Virus record (IMG/VR): IMGVR_UViG_3300000968_000001
Location: 1-58,737 of that record
DNA: 58,737 nt
Source: a virus
Reading direction: 5' to 3' (one strand)
In this document: one piece after another, positions 46,285 to 54,768 of the stretch
Layout of the letters: every line of letters begins with the position of its first letter
Position numbering within the stretch: position 1 is the stretch's first letter
Notes under the pieces: model-generated
The model's input: only the letters and a program-made list of their open reading frames with translations
What the model was told of the DNA's origin: nothing
The model's database searches: none
Made by a program: the position numbers and the translations under genes

Positions 46285-47477
46285 TGTGTATTTAGTTTAT
46301 TTAAAGCTGATTCCGTATCGTGATGAACATACATATCATTCACTTGCTCGCTGAGGTGGCCTGCGAGCTTCATTACGGTTTTCTGTGGAACTCCTGCATT
46401 GATTAGAGCGGTAGCTCCCCAATGTCGAGTAGAATGGAAATGTTTCGTGCGCCACGTATTCCCTGCGGGAGTAGTGAGAGTTTCATAATCAATCTCACAT
46501 TCTTCCATGATTTTGACAAACTTAGCATCGAGGCCAGTAGTTCCTCCCACCTTGCATCGAGAGAGAGTAGGGAAGAGCTTATCCCTATCCGTCTTGCCAT
46601 CTAGGGCGGAAAGCAGAGGCTCCACTACAGGCATTGTAATGTAATCCTGCTTAATCTTCTTATCAGGCACGAATGATATAAATAGCTTCCCATTCCTGCG
46701 CTTGAAGTAGTCTCTACCCGCCTGTGACACATCACCAATCCTCATTAGAGTGGACGTAGCGAAGAGAATAAAGAGCCTCCACTCTTCATCTTCGCAGTTT
46801 CGCAACCTTTCTATCTCATCATTGGTGAATGGGTATTTAGGCATCTTAGCGACCTCCTTAATATAGATGTCGTTCTTGAATGGGTTTAGCTCGACATACC
46901 CTTCGTCCTTTGCCCAATCGAAAAGGGAAGAGCATTTCTTCTTAAAGTTCCTTGTGGTTGCGGTTGACCTACCCTTCATGTTCTTACGCTTACCGCCTTT
47001 GCCCTCAGAGTGAGCTGTAATGATAGCCTGAGCGTCATCCCCACTGAACTCTACGATGTCCTTACTTAGGTAGTCCTGAGCGATGTCAGTGAACATACTC
47101 TTCCAAGAGTTATAAGTGATTGCATTATCATCTGAGATTCTGGCCTCTTTATAAGTGATCCATTCATTCACAGCCTCGCCTAGCTTCTTATTAGGTTGCA
47201 CTGAGGAGAATGATAACTGCACTGGCTCCTCGCCTAGCTTAATCATGACAGCGTTAATATGATGCAGGACGTAATCTGCTATGTCCGTGGACTTACCTTT
47301 GTAGTGTTCTAGGTTATTCATAAATGATGAGAGTTCTTCTAGTAGAGATTGCGCGAGTAATTCATCAGAAGTGCCTAAAGTTTTTTTCCATCGACTGTCA
47401 TCTGGGAGCCGTAAATGGGCATAATATACATTTCTGCCAGAGGGGAGGATGACCTTAGGTGGTTTTCTTTTTCGCAT
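46281..47477 (-). CDS. int: Tyrosine recombinase / phage integrase
   Basis: C-terminal catalytic pattern ...LMRIGDV...HSTRHWGATALINAGVP...LAGHLSEQVNDMYVH (R, H-x-x-R, H, Y). Confidence 0.9.
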   Translation of the reverse strand: MRKRKPPKVILPSGRNVYYAHLRLPDDSRWKKTLGTSDELLAQSLLEELSSFMNNLEHYKGKSTDIADYVLHHINAVMIKLGEEPVQLSFSSVQPNKKLGEAVNEWITYKEARISDDNAITYNSWKSMFTDIAQDYLSKDIVEFSGDDAQAIITAHSEGKGGKRKNMKGRSTATTRNFKKKCSSLFDWAKDEGYVELNPFKNDIYIKEVAKMPKYPFTNDEIERLRNCEDEEWRLFILFATSTLMRIGDVSQAGRDYFKRRNGKLFISFVPDKKIKQDYITMPVVEPLLSALDGKTDRDKLFPTLSRCKVGGTTGLDAKFVKIMEECEIDYETLTTPAGNTWRTKHFHSTRHWGATALINAGVPQKTVMKLAGHLSEQVNDMYVHHDTESALNKLNTQ

Positions 47478-47597
47478 TATTCTGGGGTTAGGTTCTCGTT
47501 ACCGTGTTGTTTTGGTCTCGTAGACTCATAAGGTGAGACCAAAACTATAGGTAGTCAATAACTTTTCGAACATATCAAATTAATGTTCAAACTCTAG

Positions 47598-47611
47598 TGT
47601 AGCCACAATCA
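47598..47611 (+). promoter_or_regulatory. Partial (14/21 nt) copy of the conserved 21-mer
   Basis: tgtagccacaatca, then diverges. Confidence 0.4.
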
Positions 47612-47628
47612 ACCCCCTATTTTTGCAC

Positions 47629-47663
47629 AAAAAAATCGCCCATCAGTATTTTAGATGGACGAT
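47629..47663 (-). terminator. Rho-independent terminator immediately downstream (minus sense) of the tRNA 3' fragment
   Basis: Minus strand: atcgtccatc-taaaatact-gatgggcgat (one mismatch) followed by T7. Confidence 0.55.
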
Positions 47664-47677
47664 CCGTTGTTATAAAA

Positions 47678-47710
47678 TGGTAGCACTGAGTGGATTTGAA
47701 CCACCGAATC
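47678..47710 (-). other. attP candidate: tRNA 3'-end fragment (T arm + acceptor + CCA)
   Basis: Minus strand reads gattcGGTGG-TTCAAAT-CCACT-CAGTGCT-A-CCA. There is no matching 5' acceptor (AGCACTG) within 100 nt, so it is not a full tRNA. It lies about 200 nt upstream of int. Confidence 0.6.
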
Positions 47711-47832
47711 AAGTGCAATCCTTTATTCTATAAGTGATTGCGAGCATTTAGGGGTTGTGGCGCGATCAGAAAGGTTATGTTTTTGACAATTCTATTGAAA
47801 AGTTACTCACTTTATGTGACACATATATAATT

Positions 47833-48219
47833 ATGCCTGAATTCTTATGCTCTAATTGTGAGGGGAAAATATTAAGAGAAGTTAAACGATATTCTCCCAC
47901 GAAGTCTTTATGCTGTGAATGCAAGAAGGCTAGGGTTACGGAAAACAACGCGAGGCAGAACGAGAAGAGGGGAGCGCAGTTCTGGAAGGAGAGACGCACC
48001 AAACTCAAGGAGCAGGGTATTACACGTGCAGAGGAGCGCAGGAAGCAATACGAGAAGGATAAGGAGTCTGGCAAAGCTAAGGAGCAGGTGATGGCCTTTA
48101 GAGAGCGATTCAAGAAAGAGAATGGCCTTGAGTATGGAGCGCATTGGGAGCGCAAAAAGAGAGCGGCAGTAAACAAAGAAGCTCTTACCCGATTAGAGCA
48201 AGAGCTTTTAAAGGATTAA
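47833..48219 (+). CDS. Basic zinc-ribbon-like protein (128 aa from ATG)
   Basis: CSNC...CCEC followed by a K/R/E-rich tail; ORF 47755..48219, first ATG at 47833. Confidence 0.5.
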   Translation: MPEFLCSNCEGKILREVKRYSPTKSLCCECKKARVTENNARQNEKRGAQFWKERRTKLKEQGITRAEERRKQYEKDKESGKAKEQVMAFRERFKKENGLEYGAHWERKKRAAVNKEALTRLEQELLKD

Positions 48220-48220
48220 A

Positions 48221-48535
48221 TTATTTAGTCCACCCGTTCACCTTACCGTCTTCAAAGGTGACTCTCTTAACTGGGTATCTAACCTTGTCTACTCCATCGG
48301 CAACCATTTCTGAAACACCGAGGGTGACTATCCCTAGAAGCCCTGTTTTATTTAACTTATCATAAGACCAGTATGATTTATTCCCACTGCTGTTTATGCG
48401 GACGGGTTGTCCATACATAGCTCTTACTTGTGCCTGAGTCATTCCTAGCTCTATCCCGCTCGATCGAGATGCGGTGTTAGTAGTGGCACAACTAGCTAGT
48501 AGTGACGCTCCGATTATTATCAGTGTTTTTTTCAT
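48221..48535 (-). CDS. Lipoprotein with a SmpA/OmlA (BamE-like) domain; moron candidate
   Basis: Signal peptide + lipobox MKKTLIIIGASLLASC; GMTQAQVRAMYGQP motif; isolated opposite-strand gene. Confidence 0.65.
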   Translation of the reverse strand: MKKTLIIIGASLLASCATTNTASRSSGIELGMTQAQVRAMYGQPVRINSSGNKSYWSYDKLNKTGLLGIVTLGVSEMVADGVDKVRYPVKRVTFEDGKVNGWTK

Positions 48536-48681
48536 GTGTTTGTTTTTTATGTGTTTTAATTAAATTGTCAACAATAGTCGGATGCAGGAGACGCTATGCG
48601 CCCCCGATCCTTAGTGTTATTTAAGGTTCCCGTATTATAATATTAGTTGATATTTACTCTTTTCAAATAGTGTTCATTAGA

Positions 48682-49005
48682 TTACGCTTTGCTCATGAAG
48701 TTTGAAACCATACTAATTAAAGACTCGCCTACTTGGACTGTGCACTGAGGATTATTATAAGCTAGGTAGCCGATTCCACAGCTGATGGCGATTACAGGGA
48801 GACTCTTTAAGAAATTAAGGTAGCTCTTTTCAGGAACCACTCTGTATGGAATAGTTATCTCACCATCATCTTGCCAAGTCTTGCAAAGACCCTTCACTAA
48901 AGATGATACTAAATCTGACGGAGACATTTCTAAGCTCTCAGCCATATCCTCAAGTTGCTTTTTAAGTTTAGGAGTAACCCTTACCGATATGCGTTCTGTT
49001 TTCAT
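48682..49005 (-). CDS. RHH-domain regulator (repressor candidate) with a hydrophobic C-terminal segment
   Basis: MKTERISVRVTPKLKKQLEDMAESLEMSPSDLVSSLV (RHH pattern); first ATG of ORF 48682..49134. Confidence 0.55.
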   Translation of the reverse strand: MKTERISVRVTPKLKKQLEDMAESLEMSPSDLVSSLVKGLCKTWQDDGEITIPYRVVPEKSYLNFLKSLPVIAISCGIGYLAYNNPQCTVQVGESLISMVSNFMSKA

Positions 49006-49027
49006 ATGGATGCCAATGTCTGACAAA

Positions 49028-49042
49028 TGACACCCATTGTCA
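49028..49042. promoter_or_regulatory. Operator-like palindrome TGACACCCATTGTCA, copy 1
   Basis: TGACA-N5-TGTCA inverted repeat; exact second copy at 49091..49105. Confidence 0.6.
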
Positions 49043-49090
49043 ACCTTAAAAATTAAATATATAATAATAACATAATTCACAAAAAAATAT

Positions 49091-49105
49091 TGACACCCAT
49101 TGTCA
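49091..49105. promoter_or_regulatory. Operator-like palindrome TGACACCCATTGTCA, copy 2 (overlaps a TTGACA box)
   Basis: Exact repeat, 63 bp from copy 1. Flanking direct repeats TGGATGCCAAYGTC at 49007-49020 and 49119-49132. Confidence 0.6.
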
Positions 49106-49121
49106 CCCGTGTTTTTAGTGG

Positions 49122-49304
49122 ATGCCAACGTCACCCATGAAAGAAAAAATTGAAAAACTATTAGAGGAAATCTGTGAGGATACAGGTTTAAGTAAGAGCT
49201 GGCTTAGAAATAAAGCCACTCTTGAAGGGTTAAAGCTGATCTCTGAGGATGGAGTATTGGTCAAGGTTACCGACAAGCAAGAGGGACTAGAAGAAGTAGC
49301 GTAA
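49122..49304 (+). CDS. Small Cro-like regulator candidate
   Basis: Divergent from the RHH gene across the operator region; alternative in-frame ATG at 49137. Confidence 0.45.
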   Translation: MPTSPMKEKIEKLLEEICEDTGLSKSWLRNKATLEGLKLISEDGVLVKVTDKQEGLEEVA

Positions 49305-50158
49305 TGAACTCACACGAATACGCAGACCTGTTCCCGATGATGTCGGATAGCGAACTTAACGATCTATCAAAAGACATTAAGCAGAACGGACTCCAGAACG
49401 ACATCATCACTTACGAAGGGAAGATCCTAGACGGGCGCAATCGCTACAAGGCTTGTGAGATAGCTGGCGTAAATCCTGTCATGTCGGAATACGAGGGTGA
49501 GGACGCGCTTGCTTTTGTTATTAGCCACAACTTGCATCGTAGACATCTCAACGAGAGTCAACGTGCGATGGTAGCTAGCAGAATGGCAAAGCTGAAATCT
49601 GGAAACCCTACTGGCAAAAACCAACATGGAACTCCACCAATTGGTGAAGTTCCTAAAGACTTCTCACTATCTCACCAAGACCGAAAGAGCGTGGCTGATA
49701 AATTACAAGTAGGAACATCATCACTGGATAGAGCGAGAAGGGTTCAGCGTGACGGAGCGGATGAGGTAGTGGATGCAGTTGACCGTGGTGAAATACGAGT
49801 ATCTACAGCTGAAGAGTTAGTAAAACTCCCGAAAGAAGAACAGCGGGAAGTCCTAGCGCAAGGAACGCAAGCGGTGAAGGAGAAGGTGGCAGAGATTAGA
49901 CGCACGCCTAAAGAAGTTCCGCAAGCTGAACCAGAAAGCCCTACGGAAGAGAAGCCTAAATACCATAGGAGCATCACCCTAGATGCGAGAGGTGAACCAC
50001 TGCACAAGATAGGGACGATGATGCGAATGCAAGCGATGACTTGCATGCAAAGAATTTTAGACGAGGACGGAGAGTTTGAGTCCGCATTTACCAAGATGCG
50101 CGACTACTGCAACTCACGACTTGCTGAAAATAAAAGAACAAAAGAACTAGCATATTAA
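49304..50158 (+). CDS. ParB N-terminal (ParB/Srx nuclease-like) domain protein
   Basis: IKQNGLQNDIITYEGKILDGRNRYKACEIAG...ISHNLHRRHLNESQRAM is the typical ParB-like core. Confidence 0.7.
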   Translation: MNSHEYADLFPMMSDSELNDLSKDIKQNGLQNDIITYEGKILDGRNRYKACEIAGVNPVMSEYEGEDALAFVISHNLHRRHLNESQRAMVASRMAKLKSGNPTGKNQHGTPPIGEVPKDFSLSHQDRKSVADKLQVGTSSLDRARRVQRDGADEVVDAVDRGEIRVSTAEELVKLPKEEQREVLAQGTQAVKEKVAEIRRTPKEVPQAEPESPTEEKPKYHRSITLDARGEPLHKIGTMMRMQAMTCMQRILDEDGEFESAFTKMRDYCNSRLAENKRTKELAY

Positions 50159-50159
50159 T

Positions 50160-50909
50160 ATGAAACCAACACTAAAACAAACAAGTAACTACGAGCTTTT
50201 TATTGATAATGAAGAGCAACCAATGATGAAGAAAAGCAACTTGAAAAAGCTAAGGCAGTCTATGTCCGCTATTGGATTTAGACCATCAAAGCCAATTCAA
50301 GTTGAGAAATCTGGGTCAAAGCTAAAGATTATTGATGGGCATCATAGATTCTATACAGCTAAAGAACTTGGACTTCCAGTTTATTATGTAGTAGAGGATA
50401 ATGTAAGTCAAGATGTAATGACCTTCGTGAATACGTCTATGCGAGTGTGGGGGCTCAAAGATTATATTCAGATGTATTGCAAGAGAGGTTTGCATGATTA
50501 TTGTGTGCTGTCTGAGTATATGGATAAAGGTCTTAACTGCGGTATCGCTACTGAGCTATTAGGAGTCCCTAGTAAGATCAGGTCGGGCGAATTTAAGGTT
50601 GTCACTACTAAGTTCGCGGACTTCATTTTAACTATTCTTGATGACGTTAAAGATAAGCACCCTCACCTAAAGAAAAATACATTCAGCAGGGCTTTAGCTA
50701 AGATTATGATGGTGAAAGGGTTAGACCGTGAAAGGCTGAGAGAGCAGTGTGACAAGCACGCAAATCTAATCCAAGACCTCTCTAATGTCAGTGATATGAT
50801 TGATGAGATTGAAACGGTTTATAACTTTAGAAAAAAGGGGTCAGCTAGAATGTCTATAGCTTTTGAGGCGAAGAAAATCACCAGAAAACCTAACGAGGAA
50901 ACGGAATGA
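50160..50909 (+). CDS. Second ParB-like domain protein
   Basis: PIQVEKSGSKLKIIDGHHRFYTAKELGLPVYYVV (DGhHR motif). Confidence 0.6.
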   Translation: MKPTLKQTSNYELFIDNEEQPMMKKSNLKKLRQSMSAIGFRPSKPIQVEKSGSKLKIIDGHHRFYTAKELGLPVYYVVEDNVSQDVMTFVNTSMRVWGLKDYIQMYCKRGLHDYCVLSEYMDKGLNCGIATELLGVPSKIRSGEFKVVTTKFADFILTILDDVKDKHPHLKKNTFSRALAKIMMVKGLDRERLREQCDKHANLIQDLSNVSDMIDEIETVYNFRKKGSARMSIAFEAKKITRKPNEETE

Positions 50910-50926
50910 AAAGAATGATAAGTAGC

Positions 50927-51193
50927 TTAAGAGCTTACTACCGACTCTGCATAAAGAAGGATCGTGCGTCTATCAACCACGGAGATCGAGCTTTCTTTGA
51001 TCCATCGTTCCAAATGTTCAGGGATTATGTGAACGGTGATCACTTCTTGTCCGAGGCTTTCTTGGTGGAGTCTTTCCCTGTGAAAGATTCGGAGGAAGTC
51101 TTCATAGGGGCGCATATCACGGGAATCCGATGGAATGAGCATTTGGCGAACTTGTTCGTAATCGTCTTTAGAGGCGTAGAATGGAGCGATCAT
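50927..51193 (-). CDS. Hypothetical protein (88 aa) antisense to the surrounding plus-strand operon
   Basis: E/D/R-rich, protein-like sequence (..DYEQVRQML..PYEDFLRIF..VHIIPEHLERWIKE..). The overlapping plus ORF 50906..51250 is F/S/R-rich, as expected of a shadow frame. Confidence 0.4.
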   Translation of the reverse strand: MIAPFYASKDDYEQVRQMLIPSDSRDMRPYEDFLRIFHRERLHQESLGQEVITVHIIPEHLERWIKESSISVVDRRTILLYAESVVSS

Positions 51194-51279
51194 CGCAGGA
51201 GCTACTCACAGAGGCGTAAGCCAGTCAATAGTAATAGCTTAACCGCCTAATCTTGACTAATTTACTAAAGATTAAAACC

Positions 51280-51504
51280 ATGAGTATTAACGAAGAAATT
51301 TTAAAGAGTTCCATAGAGAACGTAACGACAACTTACCACAACGGAGTAAGGGATGGGAAGGTGCAAGCACTGGAAGACATGAGACTGTATCTGCACGCTA
51401 TGATCCAAGATGAGACAATCATGGATGAAGAGGAGGCGGGGTTCTCTATGGCTGTAGGCGCAATGCTAAAGCGAGTCTTGAAAGATAAGGAGGCACTATC
51501 ATGA
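51280..51504 (+). CDS. Hypothetical protein (74 aa from ATG)
   Basis: ORF 51253..51504 begins at TTG; first ATG at 51280. Confidence 0.5.
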   Translation: MSINEEILKSSIENVTTTYHNGVRDGKVQALEDMRLYLHAMIQDETIMDEEEAGFSMAVGAMLKRVLKDKEALS

Positions 51505-51740
51505 GCGTTGCATCAATGACTCCTGAGGAGTTTCTGCGTGAAGCACTGAAACTAAGCAACGGAAAGGGATCTAGGCACTCACCATTCCTTGATAAGACTA
51601 AGCTACTAATCAGCGAGTGCGATCACAGCTTATGGAAATCATGCGAGATCATCGCGAAAATGGAGGGCTGGGACAAGAACAGACAGAGCGCATATTACCG
51701 CTACTGCCAGAGGCAAGGACTTAAAAGTAAAAACAAATAA
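51501..51740 (+). CDS. Hypothetical protein (79 aa)
   Basis: ATGA-coupled. Confidence 0.5.
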   Translation: MSVASMTPEEFLREALKLSNGKGSRHSPFLDKTKLLISECDHSLWKSCEIIAKMEGWDKNRQSAYYRYCQRQGLKSKNK

Positions 51741-51853
51741 AACAATGAATAATAAATTACTAATACCACTACATCAAGTGAAGAATAGAAACACGAGGCG
51801 AAGCATCTTCCAGAGAGTAGCTAAGAGGTTAGCTCTACTAATCAAATAAGGAT

Positions 51854-52285
51854 ATGGAGACTAACTACATCGATACATTTCTGGGTGCTGTGAAAGCGAT
51901 TGACCGACTCGATGACGAGAGGTGCAATATGATAGAGCGAGCCAAGAAAAACAAGGAGGCGACATTGCTACAGAAGCGGATCTTAGACGAGAGCATCTTC
52001 TACCTTATGCGTAACCTTAAGTCACTAGAACAGGAATATTCCCTTGATGATATAGCATTGGCTGTAAAGGCGTGGTGGTATAAAAATCTTGGGGGAAGGA
52101 AAGCCAGTAGAAGGCTACCTCACTTTGATAAGTATCTAAGAGTCCACGCTGAAGAGGTAGATAACGAGAAGAGGCGCGAGATTCTAGTAAGGATGGGCGT
52201 GTCACCAGAGCGAGCTAGTATACTAGCCTTTGGAGATCCCAAAATAACTAAACCTAAGAAAAAGAAGAATGGAGCTAAGAAGTGA
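51854..52285 (+). CDS. Hypothetical protein (143 aa)
   Basis: ATG ORF; basic C-terminus. Confidence 0.5.
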   Translation: METNYIDTFLGAVKAIDRLDDERCNMIERAKKNKEATLLQKRILDESIFYLMRNLKSLEQEYSLDDIALAVKAWWYKNLGGRKASRRLPHFDKYLRVHAEEVDNEKRREILVRMGVSPERASILAFGDPKITKPKKKKNGAKK

Positions 52286-52634
52286 CAGCTATGGCATGGA
52301 TGACCCTAGGTTTAACAATATCACGTGTGAGATGTGCGGATGCAGTGATCTACGTGATGAGCCTCCTACACTTAATGGTGAGCCATTCTGTGATGAGTGC
52401 TTCATTACAGAGGCTAACAACCTAGAGCATCTACACGTTCACAGCATGAATGACATATGTATGAGAATGTCGAAGTTAAAGTCCAAGTCATACAGTGATA
52501 GCTTAATGCTAGAGGAGGCGTGCGAGATAATCAATAAGGCTTACATAGCCGATAATAGCAACACTATCGCTAAAGATTGGGTTGATGAATACTTAGGATC
52601 ACAAGGGAGATCAATATTACGAATTACTAAATAA
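52269..52634 (+). CDS. Hypothetical zinc-ribbon protein (121 aa)
   Basis: CEMCGC...CDEC. Confidence 0.5.
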   Translation: MELRSDSYGMDDPRFNNITCEMCGCSDLRDEPPTLNGEPFCDECFITEANNLEHLHVHSMNDICMRMSKLKSKSYSDSLMLEEACEIINKAYIADNSNTIAKDWVDEYLGSQGRSILRITK

Positions 52635-52636
52635 AC

Positions 52637-53224
52637 ATGAGCAAAGAAAAGACAATAGGAGAGGTTCTGTCCGAGATACAGAAGACGTTGAAAGCACCGA
52701 AGGGGCAGACGAATAACTTTGGAAAGTATAAGTATCGCAACTGCGAGGATATACTGGAAGGAGTGAAGAAAGTCACTCCAGAGGGTGTGTGTATCTTGCT
52801 TTCTGACGAGATCGTAAATGATCCGTTGCGAGTAGAAGCTAAAGCAACTATCACTTATAAAGAAGACAAGATAAGTGTGACGGCTTCTGCGGGGATAGAC
52901 ATTAATAAAAAAGGGATGGATATTAGCCAGACCTTTGGTGCGGCCAGCTCATACGCTCGTAAGTATGCGCTTAATGGGTTGCTCTGTATTGACGACACGA
53001 AAGACGCGGATTCAATGGATAATAGCAAGAAGTCTCCTGCTAAAAAGGCTACTAAAAAGCAACTAGAGGAGGTGGAGAGACTTTCCTTTGAGTTGGAACT
53101 AGACAAGGAAAAGCAAGAAGCCTCTGTGATGTGGGCTTCTAACAAATCACACACTGAAGCGAAGTGGCTATCTGAAGCTCAAGCGGAAAAATTAATCAAT
53201 TTCTTAACTGAAAAACAAAAATAA
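52637..53224 (+). CDS. erf: ERF-family single-strand annealing protein
   Basis: NNFGKYKYRNCEDILEGVK...ISQTFGAASSYARKYALNGLLCIDD matches the ERF core (..YA.r.al.gl). Confidence 0.7.
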   Translation: MSKEKTIGEVLSEIQKTLKAPKGQTNNFGKYKYRNCEDILEGVKKVTPEGVCILLSDEIVNDPLRVEAKATITYKEDKISVTASAGIDINKKGMDISQTFGAASSYARKYALNGLLCIDDTKDADSMDNSKKSPAKKATKKQLEEVERLSFELELDKEKQEASVMWASNKSHTEAKWLSEAQAEKLINFLTEKQK

Positions 53225-53229
53225 ATAAT

Positions 53230-53526
53230 ATGGGAAAACTAATAAGCGCGTCTGTTGACGTAACAAAAATTGACAAGAGTAAGCTTTTCGCGGGAAAAAA
53301 AGGCACATACTTAAACCTTGATATATGGGTGAATGATGAGCCTGACCAATACGGTAAAGATGTGGATATTCAGCAATCTCTCACGAAAGAGGAGAGGGAG
53401 GCGAATGCTCCTAAGGTTTACCTAGGGAAGGGAGAGAAGAAGTTTGGATGGGAGGGCGACTCAGTTACTAGCCAAGCTCCACCTAAATCTTCCGCTGATG
53501 ATGAAAGTGATGAAATCCCCTTCTGA
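53230..53526 (+). CDS. Small SSB-like protein with a canonical acidic IPF tail
   Basis: The C-terminus SADDESDEIPF mimics the bacterial SSB C-terminal tip (DDDIPF); adjacent to erf. OB fold not verifiable by eye. Confidence 0.45.
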   Translation: MGKLISASVDVTKIDKSKLFAGKKGTYLNLDIWVNDEPDQYGKDVDIQQSLTKEEREANAPKVYLGKGEKKFGWEGDSVTSQAPPKSSADDESDEIPF

Positions 53527-53592
53527 TCTAAACTGAAGAACAACTAACGACACCCCGCGCAACGTAATTGATTGGCGGGGCTTTCTGGTGCA

Positions 53593-54279
53593 ATGAAACT
53601 AGAAAAAATAGGACGCGCAAAGGCGCATGACGGAACGAAGCTCGATATTATCGATATACTTACCAACGAAGTGAGAAAAGAAGCGGTCAAGAGATTAGGC
53701 GATGGACAATTTTGGCAATATAACGAAGAGGGATGGTCGCACGGGTTTAATGGGGATACCGAGATATACATACACGCCCTCACCCCAGAAGATCGCAAGG
53801 CGTTCAATAACTGGACGGAGCCTAAAAAACGCGAAATCGACATATCATCCATCGAGCATCAATTAGTTAGGTTAAAACCTGAGACACGCGCGAAGCTTAT
53901 CGCTAATGTTGAGAATCCTGATGTGTGTATGCATTGCGAAGCGATTTGGGAAGATCTACCATTAAACTTATTAATCTGGTGCACTTCAGAAGAGGGTTAT
54001 GATTATTGGGCGGAAATATCCCACGCTATCGATTGCAACCTAGACCATCCCGCGCTGATCAAGCCTTTCAAGTGGATTAAGGATAGACCACCGACTGAAG
54101 AGGATGCAGATGAAATAGGAGAGGTATCCCATTATTATCCAAGTAGTATTGATAAGTCTTCCGAAGATGATTGGGATAGCTGGGCATTCAAAACAGGAAT
54201 GCCATGGGCACCAACTTCCGAAGTTCAGCAATTCACGAAGGAAAATCCTGCACCATCACCCTTTGACCAAAAAGACTAA
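53593..54279 (+). CDS. Hypothetical protein (228 aa from ATG)
   Basis: ORF 53572..54279 starts at TTG; ATG at 53593. Confidence 0.5.
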   Translation: MKLEKIGRAKAHDGTKLDIIDILTNEVRKEAVKRLGDGQFWQYNEEGWSHGFNGDTEIYIHALTPEDRKAFNNWTEPKKREIDISSIEHQLVRLKPETRAKLIANVENPDVCMHCEAIWEDLPLNLLIWCTSEEGYDYWAEISHAIDCNLDHPALIKPFKWIKDRPPTEEDADEIGEVSHYYPSSIDKSSEDDWDSWAFKTGMPWAPTSEVQQFTKENPAPSPFDQKD

Positions 54280-54452
54280 TGGGTGACAAAGATCTATTGG
54301 TAATGTTTGAGGAATTGGAAGCAATCTCACATAAGAAAGACATAATTATCGACTCTCTTGTGGAAGCTTACGCGCACTCTAGCAGAGGTGAGCTAAACTT
54401 AGCAAATAAGAGATTTGCAGAAGCTATTAAACAATTAGATGAATTATCATGA
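54279..54452 (+). CDS. Hypothetical protein (57 aa, MGDKDLLVMFEELEAISHKKD...)
   Basis: TAATG and ATGA overlaps with both neighbours; below the track cutoff. Confidence 0.45.
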   Translation: MGDKDLLVMFEELEAISHKKDIIIDSLVEAYAHSSRGELNLANKRFAEAIKQLDELS

Positions 54453-54742
54453 GTGATTTTGAAACATGGTGGAAAAACGAAGGCTCTGGAATAGTAATCA
54501 TAAAAGGACATGATATAGAAGAACACGCTCAGAGGTTGTCTAGTATAGCATGGGAGAACGGAGTGTATAAAGCTACATATTGCCCTAAGAAGAGGAATGC
54601 AGATGAAATGTATAAGGCTTTGAGTTGGTTCATTGAGCAATTTCAAGGCGAGTCAGGAGCGGGGGAGAATTATTGGGAAGATTGCAAAGATTACGCCCTT
54701 GCAAAAGAAACCTTAGCTAAAGCGGGAGGAAAAGAATCATGA
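54449..54742 (+). CDS. Hypothetical protein (97 aa)
   Basis: ATG ORF. Confidence 0.5.
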   Translation: MSDFETWWKNEGSGIVIIKGHDIEEHAQRLSSIAWENGVYKATYCPKKRNADEMYKALSWFIEQFQGESGAGENYWEDCKDYALAKETLAKAGGKES

Positions 54743-54768
54743 AATCTATAAACCATGCCTAATAAAAA

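Noticed and set aside
50906-51250. Plus-strand 114-aa ORF ATGA-coupled to the ParB-like gene
   Set aside because: Its F/S/R-rich composition is typical of the reverse frame of an E/K-rich gene, so the antisense ORF 50927..51193 looks more protein-like. This is not excluded and is reported as an ambiguity in the findings.
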